Assembly: GCA_900545885.1 (NCBI GenBank)
Contig: URAF01000003.1
Location: forward strand, 42,130-106,129
Origin: an uncultured Eubacteriales bacterium
GTDB taxonomy: Bacteria > Bacillota > Clostridia > Christensenellales > CAG-917
Direction: 5' to 3'
DNA length: 64,000 nucleotides
The translations under genes were made by a program, and so were the position numbers. Shown here piece by piece: positions 39,801 to 49,564 of the stretch (its first letter is position 1; the number at the start of each line of letters is the position of its first letter). The notes beneath the pieces are model-generated. The model was not told the origin of the DNA. It did no database searches and saw only the letters and a program-made list of their open reading frames with translations.

Positions 39801-42491
39801 TGTTTCCCCGCTTCTCTCGACAAAAAAGACAGAGGTTTCTTCCTCGAATTCCTCGCAAAATGCGAACAGAACCGCCGCACGCTCAACAAACGCAAAGACG
39901 AACTTGCGGCATTGTTTGCGCTGACTTCCGCCGACGTGTCGGCGGTGTACGACCGCGTGGAGAAAATGGAGCACCTGTTTGAGTGCGCGCTCAAACTCTA
40001 CGCCGAATTCGACCTCAACCTCTTCAACGAAAGCTGTATAGAACTCACCCGCTACGGTGTGCACCGTTATCTCGATTTCTTTATCGCGGCGTTCGACAAC
40101 TGTTTCCGCGCGGCAAAAGACTTCGGCGAAATCTTCCGCACTGGCGACTTCATCGGCGGCGACGACATAAACGCCTGCATAGAATACGTCACCAACGTTC
40201 AGAAGAACATCGACTTCATTCCCAACTGGTGCCGCTATCAGGAAATGGTAAACAAATGTCGCAACAGCGGTTTCGAATTCATTCTCGAACCGCTGAACGT
40301 CGGAGAAATTTCCGCCGACGACATTTTGAGATGTTTCAAGAAATGCGTCTATTACAACTTCATAAAGAGCGAGCTCTATCTTGACGACGTGTTGTGCCAG
40401 TTCTCGGGTCTTACGCTGGAAGAAGCGGCAAACAAGTTCAAGAACCTCACCGAGGAATACGAACGCCTCACCCGTCAGGAGCTTTACCGCAAACTCGTCG
40501 ATTCGCTGCCGCGTGCAGATACGACGGGCGACCACAACCTCGAACGCGTCATTCTGATGCGCGCCGAGAAAACCAACATGAAAGGCACTACCCTGCGCGC
40601 GCTGTTTGCACAGATACCCAACATTCTGAAAGCGTGCTGCCCGTGTATGCTTATGTCGCCGACTTCGGTCACGCAGTTCCTCGACATCGACATGGACAAG
40701 TTCGACCTCGTCATATTCGACGAAGCGTCGCAGGTGCCTACGTGCAAAGCCGTCGGAAGCATTGTACGCGGTAAAGATCTCATCGTCGTCGGCGACCCCA
40801 AACAGTTGCCGCCTACCACGTTTTTCAGTTCGGACTACAAGGACGACGAGCACTTCGAAGTGGAAGACCTCGAAAGCATACTGGACGACTGCCTTGCGCT
40901 CGGTATGCCCGAAAACCACCTGCTGTGGCACTACCGCTCCAATCACGAAAGCCTCATCGCATTCTCGAACGCGATGTACTACGACAACACCCTGCTCACC
41001 TTCCCCTCGCCCAACGAGCTCAACAGCAAGGTTTCCTTCCAATACGTTGACGGCGTTTACGAAAGAGGCGGCAGCAAGTGCAACAAGAAAGAAGGCGACG
41101 CGCTTGTCGCGGAAGTCGTGCGCAGACTCAAAGACCCGACAACCCGCTCACAGAGTATCGGTATAGTCACATTCAACACCGCGCAACAGAACTACATAGA
41201 GAACGAACTCGGCAAACAGATACACCAGTACAACCTCGACTCCGCGGCGTACGACTGCGAAGAACCGCTGTTCGTAAAGAACCTCGAAAGCGTACAGGGC
41301 GACGAACGCGACGTAATTCTGTTCAGCGTAGGATACGGCCCCGACAGCAACGGCAAACTCTCGCTCAACTTCGGTCCTATCAACCAGGCGGGCGGCTACA
41401 AACGACTCAACGTCGCAGTCACGCGTGCGCGCAACGAAATGAAAGTGTTCAGCGCGATAACGGGCAATATGATTGACCTCAACCGCACGGACAGCAAGGG
41501 TGTGGCGGGACTCAAAGCCTTCCTCGAATACGCCGAACGCGGCAGAGAAATGCTTGCAATCTCCAACACCGACATCACGGCAACTCACGGCGGTATCGGT
41601 GAACTCGTTGCCCGCGAACTCAAAGACAAAGGCATCATCTGCGACTACAACCTCGGCGTGTCCGACTTCAAAATCGACGTCGCCGTTGTCGACCCGCGCA
41701 ACAAGGACAAATATATACTCGCAATCATCTGCGACAGCGAAAGCAGCTGCAAACTGAAAGGCGTGAAAGACCGCGTCGCAATGCAGACCAAGATACTCAA
41801 AAAACTCGGCTGGAATACCTATCAGTTGTGGACGGTCAACTTCTTCAACAACACGCGTCGCGAAATAGCAAAGATAAAGGACTACATCACCACTCTCACC
41901 GAAAAGAAAGTGATGAGCAAGAAACTTGTCAAGGACATCACCAACCGCTACCGCGCAACATACAAGAGCTACTACTGCAAACCCATGCTCAAAGCAGGTG
42001 CGGACTTTGTCCTGAACTTCGTCAACGAAGAAAAAATCAAAGGCAAGATAAGAGATATAATCGAAACCGAATCGCCGATTGAAAGTTCGCTTTTGCTCGA
42101 TAAACTGCTTGTTCTGTTCAATGTTCCCAAGACGAGCAAACGCGCCGTCGCGACTCTGAACGATTATATGAACGAGTTTGCAAGCTTCCAGCAAACCTAT
42201 TTCGGCAAGACGTTCTACGTCGACAAAGCCGTCGAAACCTTCCGTCCCTGCGACGTCAAGACCTCGCGCGACCTCACCAAGGTTCACCCTGCGGAAATCA
42301 TAGCCGCGGCAAAATGCGCAGTCGAAACACGTCTCAACCTCGAACGCGGGGACGTCGTCAAGGAAGTCATTGCGCTGTTCGGCACGGGCAAGAAAACCAA
42401 AGCCGTAACGGAATGGATCGAACAGTGCATAAACATGGCAATAGCCGAAAACCAACTGCTCGTCACCGTGGACGATATTCTTACAACTTAG
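36855..42491 (+). CDS. Giant SF1 (Upf1/Dna2-like) helicase with DUF4011-like region, Vsr/DUF559-like nuclease fold and DUF3320-like C-terminus (Hhe-like architecture)
   Basis: 1878 aa from ATG 36855 (AAAGGAG RBS). The DUF4011-type start is VTQWERRLLDMDMRNSLLNFK (about 37959). Helicase motifs are Walker A LHGPPGTGKSQT (about 38889), FDLVIFDEASQV (about 40701), VVGDPKQLPPT, HYRSNHESL, VQGDERDV and LNVAVTRAR (about 41407). The nuclease-fold segment is FKIDVAVVD...ILAIICDSES...KDRVAMQTKILKKLGWNTYQLW (41631-41846). The tail begins ESPIESSLLLDKLL. Confidence 0.85.
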   Translation: MPQEVSDKNYAEITASCSKVLSYFHLQNNISPIKRLYVKNSSDTERENITIRIHSEPKFLLPCEINDVRLPRKTTAKFDTSVQLSPLFMVALDKTIEGEIIMEVVDEDAVVAEQRFKVQLLAFNECNFREDPASLAAFVRRTAEINKLLNMAGRKVQSWNLNSCTGYSGTRNNVRNFFAACYSVLADQKFTPADMKTDQEFVFIPDHQETLISKIASPLELALILAALVESNGQNGIVALINNKWYTGCFLTNECLPNLINDDPDILRKKSERGVSDLSMVAISDLLQGVSFEKAEKSAQSALKKDADVEFIVDIKRARIMHVYPLPERVKSAGGYDLRQSKDYYTDLAPKQLKEYGGEIVGEKEISRVTQWERRLLDMDMRNSLLNFKVSQTAVKLLVPSLEDFIENMAEVKSFTLECKPKESPETLDKVSNGFERATYLKPFADYILYEYKNKRLRTAYDLREHEATILRLFRKEKSIQEETGTLTLYLAAGFLKWKEQELSDDKYAPLFLYPVSISKKGVAAPVYTVEVNTDDLRVNSTLLEFLYQEFDLDMRGLASVELNTPQAVLSVLARIKRETVRFKGWDIFPNVFLASLSFANYLLWHDVKYKSDRFREHPIVRSLINNRLELSGDAFDLSDRSSDEAYVGAEKMYLPISADSSQYSAIYDSLSKSFVLHGPPGTGKSQTITNIIANNIVRGRRVLFVAEKMAALSVVHRRLQNIGLGDFCLELHSNKANKNVVLNHIINTLALADETSQQDLEEKAAEIAVPLEKLQKELDAMHRKRYLGFSLYEAILNYFENEDAPDCLNIDSLFYEKLTESSFNNYLDVLTELSLRAKECGDIEKSPFKHIGDFTYDEKWRADGESILEIYLIELKHLRQYARNLLPLFNMRTVALTNAKLKALYDICLLLRDESVREYFARCKTVENAKGMLDSFREAYKKNGILTAEYTSKYGTYPYEVPLEEVDEAMRTGNYSRGVKRCFPASLDKKDRGFFLEFLAKCEQNRRTLNKRKDELAALFALTSADVSAVYDRVEKMEHLFECALKLYAEFDLNLFNESCIELTRYGVHRYLDFFIAAFDNCFRAAKDFGEIFRTGDFIGGDDINACIEYVTNVQKNIDFIPNWCRYQEMVNKCRNSGFEFILEPLNVGEISADDILRCFKKCVYYNFIKSELYLDDVLCQFSGLTLEEAANKFKNLTEEYERLTRQELYRKLVDSLPRADTTGDHNLERVILMRAEKTNMKGTTLRALFAQIPNILKACCPCMLMSPTSVTQFLDIDMDKFDLVIFDEASQVPTCKAVGSIVRGKDLIVVGDPKQLPPTTFFSSDYKDDEHFEVEDLESILDDCLALGMPENHLLWHYRSNHESLIAFSNAMYYDNTLLTFPSPNELNSKVSFQYVDGVYERGGSKCNKKEGDALVAEVVRRLKDPTTRSQSIGIVTFNTAQQNYIENELGKQIHQYNLDSAAYDCEEPLFVKNLESVQGDERDVILFSVGYGPDSNGKLSLNFGPINQAGGYKRLNVAVTRARNEMKVFSAITGNMIDLNRTDSKGVAGLKAFLEYAERGREMLAISNTDITATHGGIGELVARELKDKGIICDYNLGVSDFKIDVAVVDPRNKDKYILAIICDSESSCKLKGVKDRVAMQTKILKKLGWNTYQLWTVNFFNNTRREIAKIKDYITTLTEKKVMSKKLVKDITNRYRATYKSYYCKPMLKAGADFVLNFVNEEKIKGKIRDIIETESPIESSLLLDKLLVLFNVPKTSKRAVATLNDYMNEFASFQQTYFGKTFYVDKAVETFRPCDVKTSRDLTKVHPAEIIAAAKCAVETRLNLERGDVVKEVIALFGTGKKTKAVTEWIEQCINMAIAENQLLVTVDDILTT

Positions 42492-42533
42492 TCGCGGCAT
42501 AAAAACACGGAATAATATATCCAGGAGAAAATT

Positions 42534-43043
42534 ATGTTTTGTCCAAAATGCAAAGGGGAAATGACCCGCGACGATAAGGGTTTTTATGTCTGCCCCGATT
42601 GCGGTGCAAAATTCCGCTCGCAAAACCCAACCAAAGCGGAATTGCAAAACCTAGAAACCGACAACGGAACTTTTGCCCGTTCCAACGCTTCGGCTTATGT
42701 GGGAGTCACGGTAGTTCTGTTCATCATGAGCGTTGTTCTTACAGTGATTACAAATCTGCTAACTTTTTCGTTGGTGTTAAAGCTGGTGCTGTATCTCGTA
42801 TGCTTGTTACTGACGCTTGCGTACACAATCTGTCTTATCAAAGCGGTTTCGTACGGTTGCATCGACAAATATGACACCGACCTGAAAAAGTCCAAAGATA
42901 AGGCGGCAAAAGAATTGAAAACCATTATCTCACAATTGCAAAACAGAATATCCGCTCTCGAAACCACGCTTGTAGAATTCAAAGCAAACGCGGAACGGGA
43001 AAAAGCAGACGCGAGAAACGCGTCCGAAACGGAAAGAGAATGA
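42534..43043 (+). CDS. Zinc-ribbon, two-TM, coiled-coil membrane protein (hypothetical), apparently co-transcribed with the helicase
   Basis: 169 aa. It has an N-terminal ribbon (CPKCKGEM...CPDCG), two hydrophobic helices and a C-terminal charged heptad-like tail. An AGGAGAA RBS precedes it. Only 42 nt separate it from the helicase stop, with no hairpin. Confidence 0.65.
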   Translation: MFCPKCKGEMTRDDKGFYVCPDCGAKFRSQNPTKAELQNLETDNGTFARSNASAYVGVTVVLFIMSVVLTVITNLLTFSLVLKLVLYLVCLLLTLAYTICLIKAVSYGCIDKYDTDLKKSKDKAAKELKTIISQLQNRISALETTLVEFKANAEREKADARNASETERE

Positions 43044-43049
43044 CAACAC

Positions 43050-43078
43050 AAAAAACGCCTTCGATGAAGGCGTTTTTT

Positions 43079-43081
<3 letters not shown>
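43050..43081. terminator. Bidirectional Rho-independent terminator between convergent genes
   Basis: AAAAAACGCCTTC-GAT-GAAGGCGTTTTTTTT. The A-tract and T-tract serve both strands. Confidence 0.75.
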
Positions 43082-44317
<1,236 letters not shown>

Positions 44318-44410
44318 TTATTCTTCGTTCATAAATATGTTTTTTCGGGAATGACAGGTGCACCGCTGATATCGGAGTAAATATCCGTTTCATCAATCAC
44401 TCTTTTGCGC

Positions 44411-44439
44411 TTGTCAATCATATATATAAAAGTTATAAT
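44411..44439 (+). promoter_or_regulatory. Candidate promoter of the GH18-like gene
   Basis: TTGTCA - 17 nt - TATAAT. The -10 box ends 10 nt before ATG 44450. Confidence 0.4.
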
Positions 44440-44449
44440 GTTTAGGAGA

Positions 44450-45829
44450 ATGAAAAAGTCGGTTCGCATTTTTATACTTTTGATTATACTTGCGTTTTCG
44501 TTTACGTTGTTTGCTTTCTCACGCCCTGCAACCGACGTCATTTCCGCACGCTACGAAAATGTTGCGACAAACGGCAGTTTTGAAATTTGTGCGGGAAACT
44601 CGGGAGACAGCGCAGTATTCCGTTTTGAAACCGAAACCGAAATAAACACCGTCGTGCTTAAAGAAAGCGGCAACGCAATCACATCTTTCCGCATATACGC
44701 CGACGGCGAGGAAACTCCGATTTACGGCAACGATTATATCGGCGGCTACCGCTACTGCGCTTTTGAAACAAAGGAAGTTTCTTCTCTGCGTATAGAGGTC
44801 TTGTCGTCGGACTCGAAATGGGTGCTTACTTCGCTTGAAGCATACCTTATCGAAAACCGACCCGACGACTTCGAAGTCATGAGTTACATCAACGTCGACA
44901 CGGCTTATCTGCTCTCTTCCGAATACGCCGAAACCGCGTCGCACGTCACGCAATTCAACGTGTTCGGCGCGGTGTTCTTCGACGTCAACGCCGACCTTTA
45001 TATCGCAGATTACGAGCTTAACGAAACAAAAGTCAACGGTAAAGCCTTGCTTTCGCAGGCTATCGCGAATATACGCGCAATCAATCCGTCTGCAAAAATA
45101 GTGCTTACAGTTCTGGGCAACCGCGATTTCGGCGACGGGGCCGACACCCGTGACCGACACAATTCGGCAATGGGCACTCACGGAAACAAACTCACGGCAA
45201 ACCTGCTTGCTTTGCTTGAAGAATACGACGCCGACGGTGTTTCGTTCGATTACGAATACCCCGAAAAGAAAAGCGATTTCAGAACCTTTGCCGACTACAT
45301 AAAAAGCCTTGACCGCGCACTCGGTGACAAATTGCTCACGTCAGCGATTTCCGAATGGTGCATTGGTTGGAACCGTTTTTCCGCGTCCGATTTCGACCCG
45401 CTCGACTCGATTGAAATTATGGCATACGACCTCTTCGACGAAAGGGGCAACCATTCAACGTTCTACTCCGCTTATTCCGTGGTGACAAACTTAATCGACA
45501 AAGGCGTTGATATGAAAAAGGTTCATCTCGGACTTCCTTTCTACTCCCGCCCGATAAACGGCGATACGTACTGGGGGCTTTATCACGAAATTGCATACGA
45601 ACTGTCGCCTTACGAAAACACGGTAAACGAAGTTTACGTGAATGCCGACGGAAGAGAAATCAACTCAACACCTAACTACTATAACGGCAGACAAATGATT
45701 TACGACAAAACCCGTTTCGCGCTAGACGCGGGACTTGGCGGAGTTATGGTGTGGCATTTCGGGTGCGACAGCACCGACACCGAACTGTCTTTGTTTGCGC
45801 AAATCGGTGCGGCGCTCGGCAAAGACTAA
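44450..45829 (+). CDS. Secreted GH18 (chitinase-like) protein with an N-terminal jelly-roll (F5/8-type-C-like) domain
   Basis: It has the signal/anchor MKKSVRIFILLIILAFSFTLFAFS and the GH18 catalytic-region variant DADGVSFDYEYPE (about 45227). The start is ambiguous (ATG 44438 or 44450). The N-terminal domain assignment is tentative. Confidence 0.7.
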   Translation: MKKSVRIFILLIILAFSFTLFAFSRPATDVISARYENVATNGSFEICAGNSGDSAVFRFETETEINTVVLKESGNAITSFRIYADGEETPIYGNDYIGGYRYCAFETKEVSSLRIEVLSSDSKWVLTSLEAYLIENRPDDFEVMSYINVDTAYLLSSEYAETASHVTQFNVFGAVFFDVNADLYIADYELNETKVNGKALLSQAIANIRAINPSAKIVLTVLGNRDFGDGADTRDRHNSAMGTHGNKLTANLLALLEEYDADGVSFDYEYPEKKSDFRTFADYIKSLDRALGDKLLTSAISEWCIGWNRFSASDFDPLDSIEIMAYDLFDERGNHSTFYSAYSVVTNLIDKGVDMKKVHLGLPFYSRPINGDTYWGLYHEIAYELSPYENTVNEVYVNADGREINSTPNYYNGRQMIYDKTRFALDAGLGGVMVWHFGCDSTDTELSLFAQIGAALGKD

Positions 45830-45854
45830 AAACAACTCTCCGCGCCTTTTCGTT

Positions 45855-45882
45855 TTGTCAATTTTCGTTTGCGTGATATAAT
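45855..45882 (+). promoter_or_regulatory. Candidate extended -10 promoter of the ybaK-like gene
   Basis: TTGTCA - 16 nt - TATAAT with TGa immediately upstream of the -10 box. Confidence 0.45.
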
Positions 45883-45931
45883 ACAGTCACACGCAATCCA
45901 AACAATCACACTCAATCCTGCCAAGGTAGAT

Positions 45932-46417
45932 ATGTCAATCGAAAAAGTAAAAACTTATTTCCGTGAATTCGGAATGGAAAACCGCGTTATAGAATTTCCG
46001 ACGTCCAGCGCAACTGTGGAACTTGCAGCAAAAGCTCTTGACTGCGAACCTTGCCGCATAGCGAAAACCCTTTCCTTCGGAATAGACGGCAAAGCCATTC
46101 TCATTGTCGCCGCAGGCGACGCAAAAGTCGACAACAAAAAATACAAAGCTCGTTTCGGCACCAAAGCCAGAATGCTCTCTCCCGAAGAAGTCGACAACCT
46201 TATCGGCCATTCGATAGGCGGAGTGTGTCCCTTTGCCGTAAACGACGGCGTAACCGTTTATCTGGACGAGTCACTCAAAAGGTTTGACACAGTTTTTCCT
46301 GCCTGCGGCAGCAGCAACAGCGCGATAGAACTCACAATCAGCGAACTTGAACGCTACTCTGCATTCACCGATTGGGTGGACGTCTGCAAAGACTGGCAAC
46401 CCGAAAACGCAGACTGA
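45932..46417 (+). CDS. YbaK/EbsC-family aminoacyl-tRNA trans-editing protein
   Basis: 161 aa from ATG 45932. The fold pattern is TVELAAKALDCEPCRIAKTL...HSIGGVCPF...VYLDESL, typical of the YbaK/ProX family. Confidence 0.75.
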   Translation: MSIEKVKTYFREFGMENRVIEFPTSSATVELAAKALDCEPCRIAKTLSFGIDGKAILIVAAGDAKVDNKKYKARFGTKARMLSPEEVDNLIGHSIGGVCPFAVNDGVTVYLDESLKRFDTVFPACGSSNSAIELTISELERYSAFTDWVDVCKDWQPENAD

Positions 46418-46460
46418 CTTTTCAATCAATCCAAAGAATCGCTTGCCCCGATTTAAATGA

Positions 46461-47714
46461 TTAAAAATCTTCGCATTCCCAGACGGTTTGCCCGCAGAGA
46501 GTTATTTTTCCGTCAAAATGACAAGGCATACTGTATGACGTCATATACACTTCGTTGACGTACACCTCGAATACGGAATCTTTGTGCAAGATTATTATGC
46601 TCGCGTCGCCTTCGGCGGTGTAACCTTTATCGGCAATATCCGCACTCCGAACTTTGTCGCCGTCCGTTTCCGAGGTGATTTCTATTCTGCCCTTCTCGTA
46701 TTTTATAAAAGTTTTGCTTTCGGCACCGAATGAAATAACGTCGCCGTCTTTGATTGCGCCCTCGATGAAATGGCAGGCGTCTACTGCAAAATCTCTTTCT
46801 TTGACAACACCGAACGACTTTACCTTGTCGTTGCCGTGCCAATATTTGAGATGTATGCTTTCGTTGAAAATTTCCGCTTTTTTGAGCGGCGCCATGTAAC
46901 AATGCGAGAATCCGGAATCCGCACGGAACCTCGTGATTGCGTGGTGATTGACAAGCAACTCGTCTTCCGTTTGCAGAAATCTGGAAAAATAGGTGCTTTC
47001 AAACGGCAACATAGCCGTGTTTTCCGCGCACCTCGTGTAAGGCCCGTTGACCGCATCGGCTTTATAGCCTATCATACCTGTCCCGAAAAGCCCGAACATT
47101 CCGTAATATTCCCCGTCTTTCTTGACAATTGCGCCCGACTCGTCCGCATCAGGGAAAATACCGTTGCTTTCCATTGCATGCCAATGCAAACCGTCTTCGG
47201 AATATCCGAACCCTATTCCGCCGTTCTTGTCTTCGCGACCCTTGGGCGTAGCCGTCCAAGTGCCGTAATAGCCGCCTTCGCTTCTTTCTATCGGATAAAT
47301 GCAATCCCATCTGCCCTTGGGCTCATACAGTTTTTCGTCTATGTCGAAAACTTCGTCCGTCTTTTCCCAATGTACGAGGTCACGGCTCACCGCAAAAAAT
47401 ATTCTCTGCCGTTTGTCGCCCTCTTTTACATACTGCCACTCGGAAAAATTGGCGATGAACGTTTTGTCACGGTCGAAATCAGGCGACTTCCAGACAGACC
47501 CCGTCCCCAGAAAATCTACCATTTTTTCGCTCGAAGTAAGCGCAAGTCCGTGGTCTTTCCAGCGCACTCCGTCATCGGATTCCGCCACGCCGAAACCGCC
47601 CCACCTTCCGTTGATTTCGGAAAGATAATAAAGATAGAATTTTCCGTCATTACGGAAAAGCCATGTATCCCAATGTGTGTTGACTGCGTTTGACCTGAAA
47701 AACAAAGTAGACAT
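46461..47714 (-). CDS. Five-bladed beta-propeller glycoside-hydrolase-like protein (GH43/GH32 clan; exact family not determined)
   Basis: 417 aa from ATG 47714 (GGAGG RBS). Blade-like repeats are WDTWLFRNDGKFYLYY, GVAESDDGVRWKD, FAVSRDLVHWEK and GFGYSEDGLHWH. No signal peptide is present. Confidence 0.5.
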   Translation of the reverse strand: MSTLFFRSNAVNTHWDTWLFRNDGKFYLYYLSEINGRWGGFGVAESDDGVRWKDHGLALTSSEKMVDFLGTGSVWKSPDFDRDKTFIANFSEWQYVKEGDKRQRIFFAVSRDLVHWEKTDEVFDIDEKLYEPKGRWDCIYPIERSEGGYYGTWTATPKGREDKNGGIGFGYSEDGLHWHAMESNGIFPDADESGAIVKKDGEYYGMFGLFGTGMIGYKADAVNGPYTRCAENTAMLPFESTYFSRFLQTEDELLVNHHAITRFRADSGFSHCYMAPLKKAEIFNESIHLKYWHGNDKVKSFGVVKERDFAVDACHFIEGAIKDGDVISFGAESKTFIKYEKGRIEITSETDGDKVRSADIADKGYTAEGDASIIILHKDSVFEVYVNEVYMTSYSMPCHFDGKITLCGQTVWECEDF

Positions 47715-47732
47715 ATTCGCCTCCGCAATACA

Positions 47733-47761
47733 CTTATACCACACATCACCGAATATGTAAA
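47733..47761 (-). promoter_or_regulatory. Candidate extended -10 promoter of the beta-propeller gene
   Basis: Minus strand reads TTTACA - 17 nt - TATAAG with TGg immediately upstream of the -10 box. Confidence 0.4.
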
Positions 47762-47852
47762 CGTTTTCATCAAATTCAACCGCCCTATTTCACCATCGTC
47801 TACCCTGCCGACATTCCTCATTGCTTGTTTTGTTTGACTATGTGCAAAGCAA

Positions 47853-47885
47853 ACAAAAACCCGCGTCTCCCGCGCGGGTTTTTGT
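47853..47885 (-). terminator. Rho-independent (bidirectional-looking) terminator after the GNAT gene
   Basis: AAAAACCCGCG...CGCGGGTTTTTGTTTT. Confidence 0.65.
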
Positions 47886-47976
47886 TTTAATTAGCATATT
47901 TTATTCGCTAAAAGCAAAAATCAAATTCAATGCAGCCGAAAATTCTGTTTGCACTATTTCTTATTGCCGAACAATT

Positions 47977-48453
47977 CTATAATCTTTTTTTCATAATAAG
48001 TTCGTCGCCGTTGTCTTTCACGTTTTCAAAACCAGCATCTTCATACATTTTTATTGCATAATTATCTTTTTGTACTGAAAGAGACACGGCGCGAAAATCA
48101 GACTTTAACAAGTCTGTCAGTATTTCAGCCAAAAGTTTCGTTCCAATTCCTTTTTTTCTGTATTGTTCTTTTAATGAAATAGCAAGCGACGGTGTATCGT
48201 TGTCTATATGTCCGAAATCATTTATAACTCTGCACCACACTGCTCCGACAATCTTTTCATCGATAACAGCCACATAACAAATGTCTCCATACTTTTTCCC
48301 GAAATCTTCGTAATACAATTTTAATTCTGGCAACTCAACAATACTGATATCCGGTTTTCTCTCCCCTTTGGGGACATAAACAGCCAGGTAAGTAAACTCT
48401 TTCAGCAACGGTATTTCTTCTGGTTTTATTTTGCGTATAAACACTTTACTCAT
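47977..48453 (-). CDS. GNAT-family N-acetyltransferase
   Basis: 158 aa. The acetyl-CoA motif is QYRKKGIGTKLL. The topology pattern is typical of GNAT. The gene is low-GC. Confidence 0.8.
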   Translation of the reverse strand: MSKVFIRKIKPEEIPLLKEFTYLAVYVPKGERKPDISIVELPELKLYYEDFGKKYGDICYVAVIDEKIVGAVWCRVINDFGHIDNDTPSLAISLKEQYRKKGIGTKLLAEILTDLLKSDFRAVSLSVQKDNYAIKMYEDAGFENVKDNGDELIMKKRL

Positions 48454-48985
48454 TTTTATTCTCGTTGTTCAGACGATGCAACATCCTTTTCAAGTTCGCT
48501 TCGTTTTGTTCGTCGGACACAGTCGGGTCTTTTGTAAAACGTTCGCAAGGCAGATTTTCGCATTTAGCGCAACTTTTCTGCCCTTTACTGTTTACACAAC
48601 AATCGTAAACCCGACATACTTCTCCACCTGTGAACTGCAACCAATAGACTTTGCCCTTTATTTTGCGGCAACCTTCGCAATCCTTCGGAAAAAGTGCACA
48701 TTCGGCGCATAACGCTCCACAGGGGGAAGGCTTCGCAAAATCGTCTTTCCACAACCACCAATGACATTTGGAAATATCGGGATTTTCGCTGTTAACAAAA
48801 TATTCCACTGCACGATAAAGGTACAACTGACAGCGGTCAACGAGTTGTCCTTTCAACGCACACTCCTCGTCATACAGTTGCTGGGCGGACTTTCCTCTCA
48901 ATGACTCTATGGTGATATATCCCATAGCAATAAGGTCTTGTTCAGTTTGTTTCCCGACATTGGGAATTTTACGAAGTTCGCTCAT
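48446..48985 (-). CDS. Helix-hairpin-helix (TfoX-C / 'pathogenicity locus'-like) domain fused to a Cys-rich DUF3795-like domain
   Basis: 179 aa. The N-terminus is LRKIPNVGKQTEQDLIAMGYITIESL. The C-terminal half has about 12 Cys (CGALCAECALFPKDCEGC...CCVNSKGQKSCAKCENLPC). The assignment is from memory of these families. Confidence 0.55.
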   Translation of the reverse strand: MSELRKIPNVGKQTEQDLIAMGYITIESLRGKSAQQLYDEECALKGQLVDRCQLYLYRAVEYFVNSENPDISKCHWWLWKDDFAKPSPCGALCAECALFPKDCEGCRKIKGKVYWLQFTGGEVCRVYDCCVNSKGQKSCAKCENLPCERFTKDPTVSDEQNEANLKRMLHRLNNENKNE

Positions 48986-48994
48986 AACATACCC

Positions 48995-49411
48995 TTAGAA
49001 CCAGTTGATTTGTTCGTCTTTGAAAATGGGTTTGTCGCCTTTCTCATAAGGATTGTAATTGTTGATGTTGCAACCGTATTCTTTAAGAAAACAAATTTTA
49101 TCGTTTCTCCATTCAATCAAAGAAAGACCGTCGAATTTTTCTTCTTTCCCGTAGTTCATCTTATTGCAAAAATACCACTCGACAATCGTTTGATTTTCTT
49201 TATGGAAAAATTGCTTTATATCCCAGACATTAACTTTCCCGCGGGTGTTCCATTCTTCAAACCAATGTCTTATCGCGCTTATACCCTCATATTTCGGTCC
49301 CCAACTTTCTATATAGACGGCATTTTCTTCGAATATGTTTTCGATACCCTCCGACCGATTCTCAATCCACATATCAAACCATTCTCTTATCTTGATTTCA
49401 CGTTCAACCAA
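48995..49411 (-). CDS. SnoaL/NTF2-like small protein
   Basis: About 138 aa. I prefer TTG 49411 because it lies 7 nt after an AGGAGG RBS; the track's ORF starts at GTG 49444. The pattern IREWFDMWIE...FEENAVYIESWG is typical of the NTF2-like fold. Confidence 0.5.
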   Translation of the reverse strand: MVEREIKIREWFDMWIENRSEGIENIFEENAVYIESWGPKYEGISAIRHWFEEWNTRGKVNVWDIKQFFHKENQTIVEWYFCNKMNYGKEEKFDGLSLIEWRNDKICFLKEYGCNINNYNPYEKGDKPIFKDEQINWF

Positions 49412-49531
49412 AATACCGCCTCCTAAATATATTTTGTCGCACACAGTTTACAATACATACCATCAAAACGCAACAGGCTGTCAATCTGCAAATCAATTCT
49501 AACACCGAGCAACGTAAAATCCGAGGCACAC

Positions 49532-49556
49532 AAAAAGGGCGCATGTGCGCCCTTTT
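49532..49556 (-). terminator. Rho-independent terminator of the tRNA pair
   Basis: Minus strand GGGCGCACATGCGCCC followed by TTTTTG, 9 nt after the tRNA-Ile CCA end. Confidence 0.6.
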
Positions 49557-49564
49557 GCGTTTGG

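Noticed and set aside
38148-41042. A 964-aa minus-strand ORF inside the helicase gene. Similar cases are 36906-37967 (-) and 41148-42647 (-).
   Set aside because: These are shadow ORFs antisense to a gene with a full set of ordered SF1 helicase motifs. Their composition is biased and they have no RBS.
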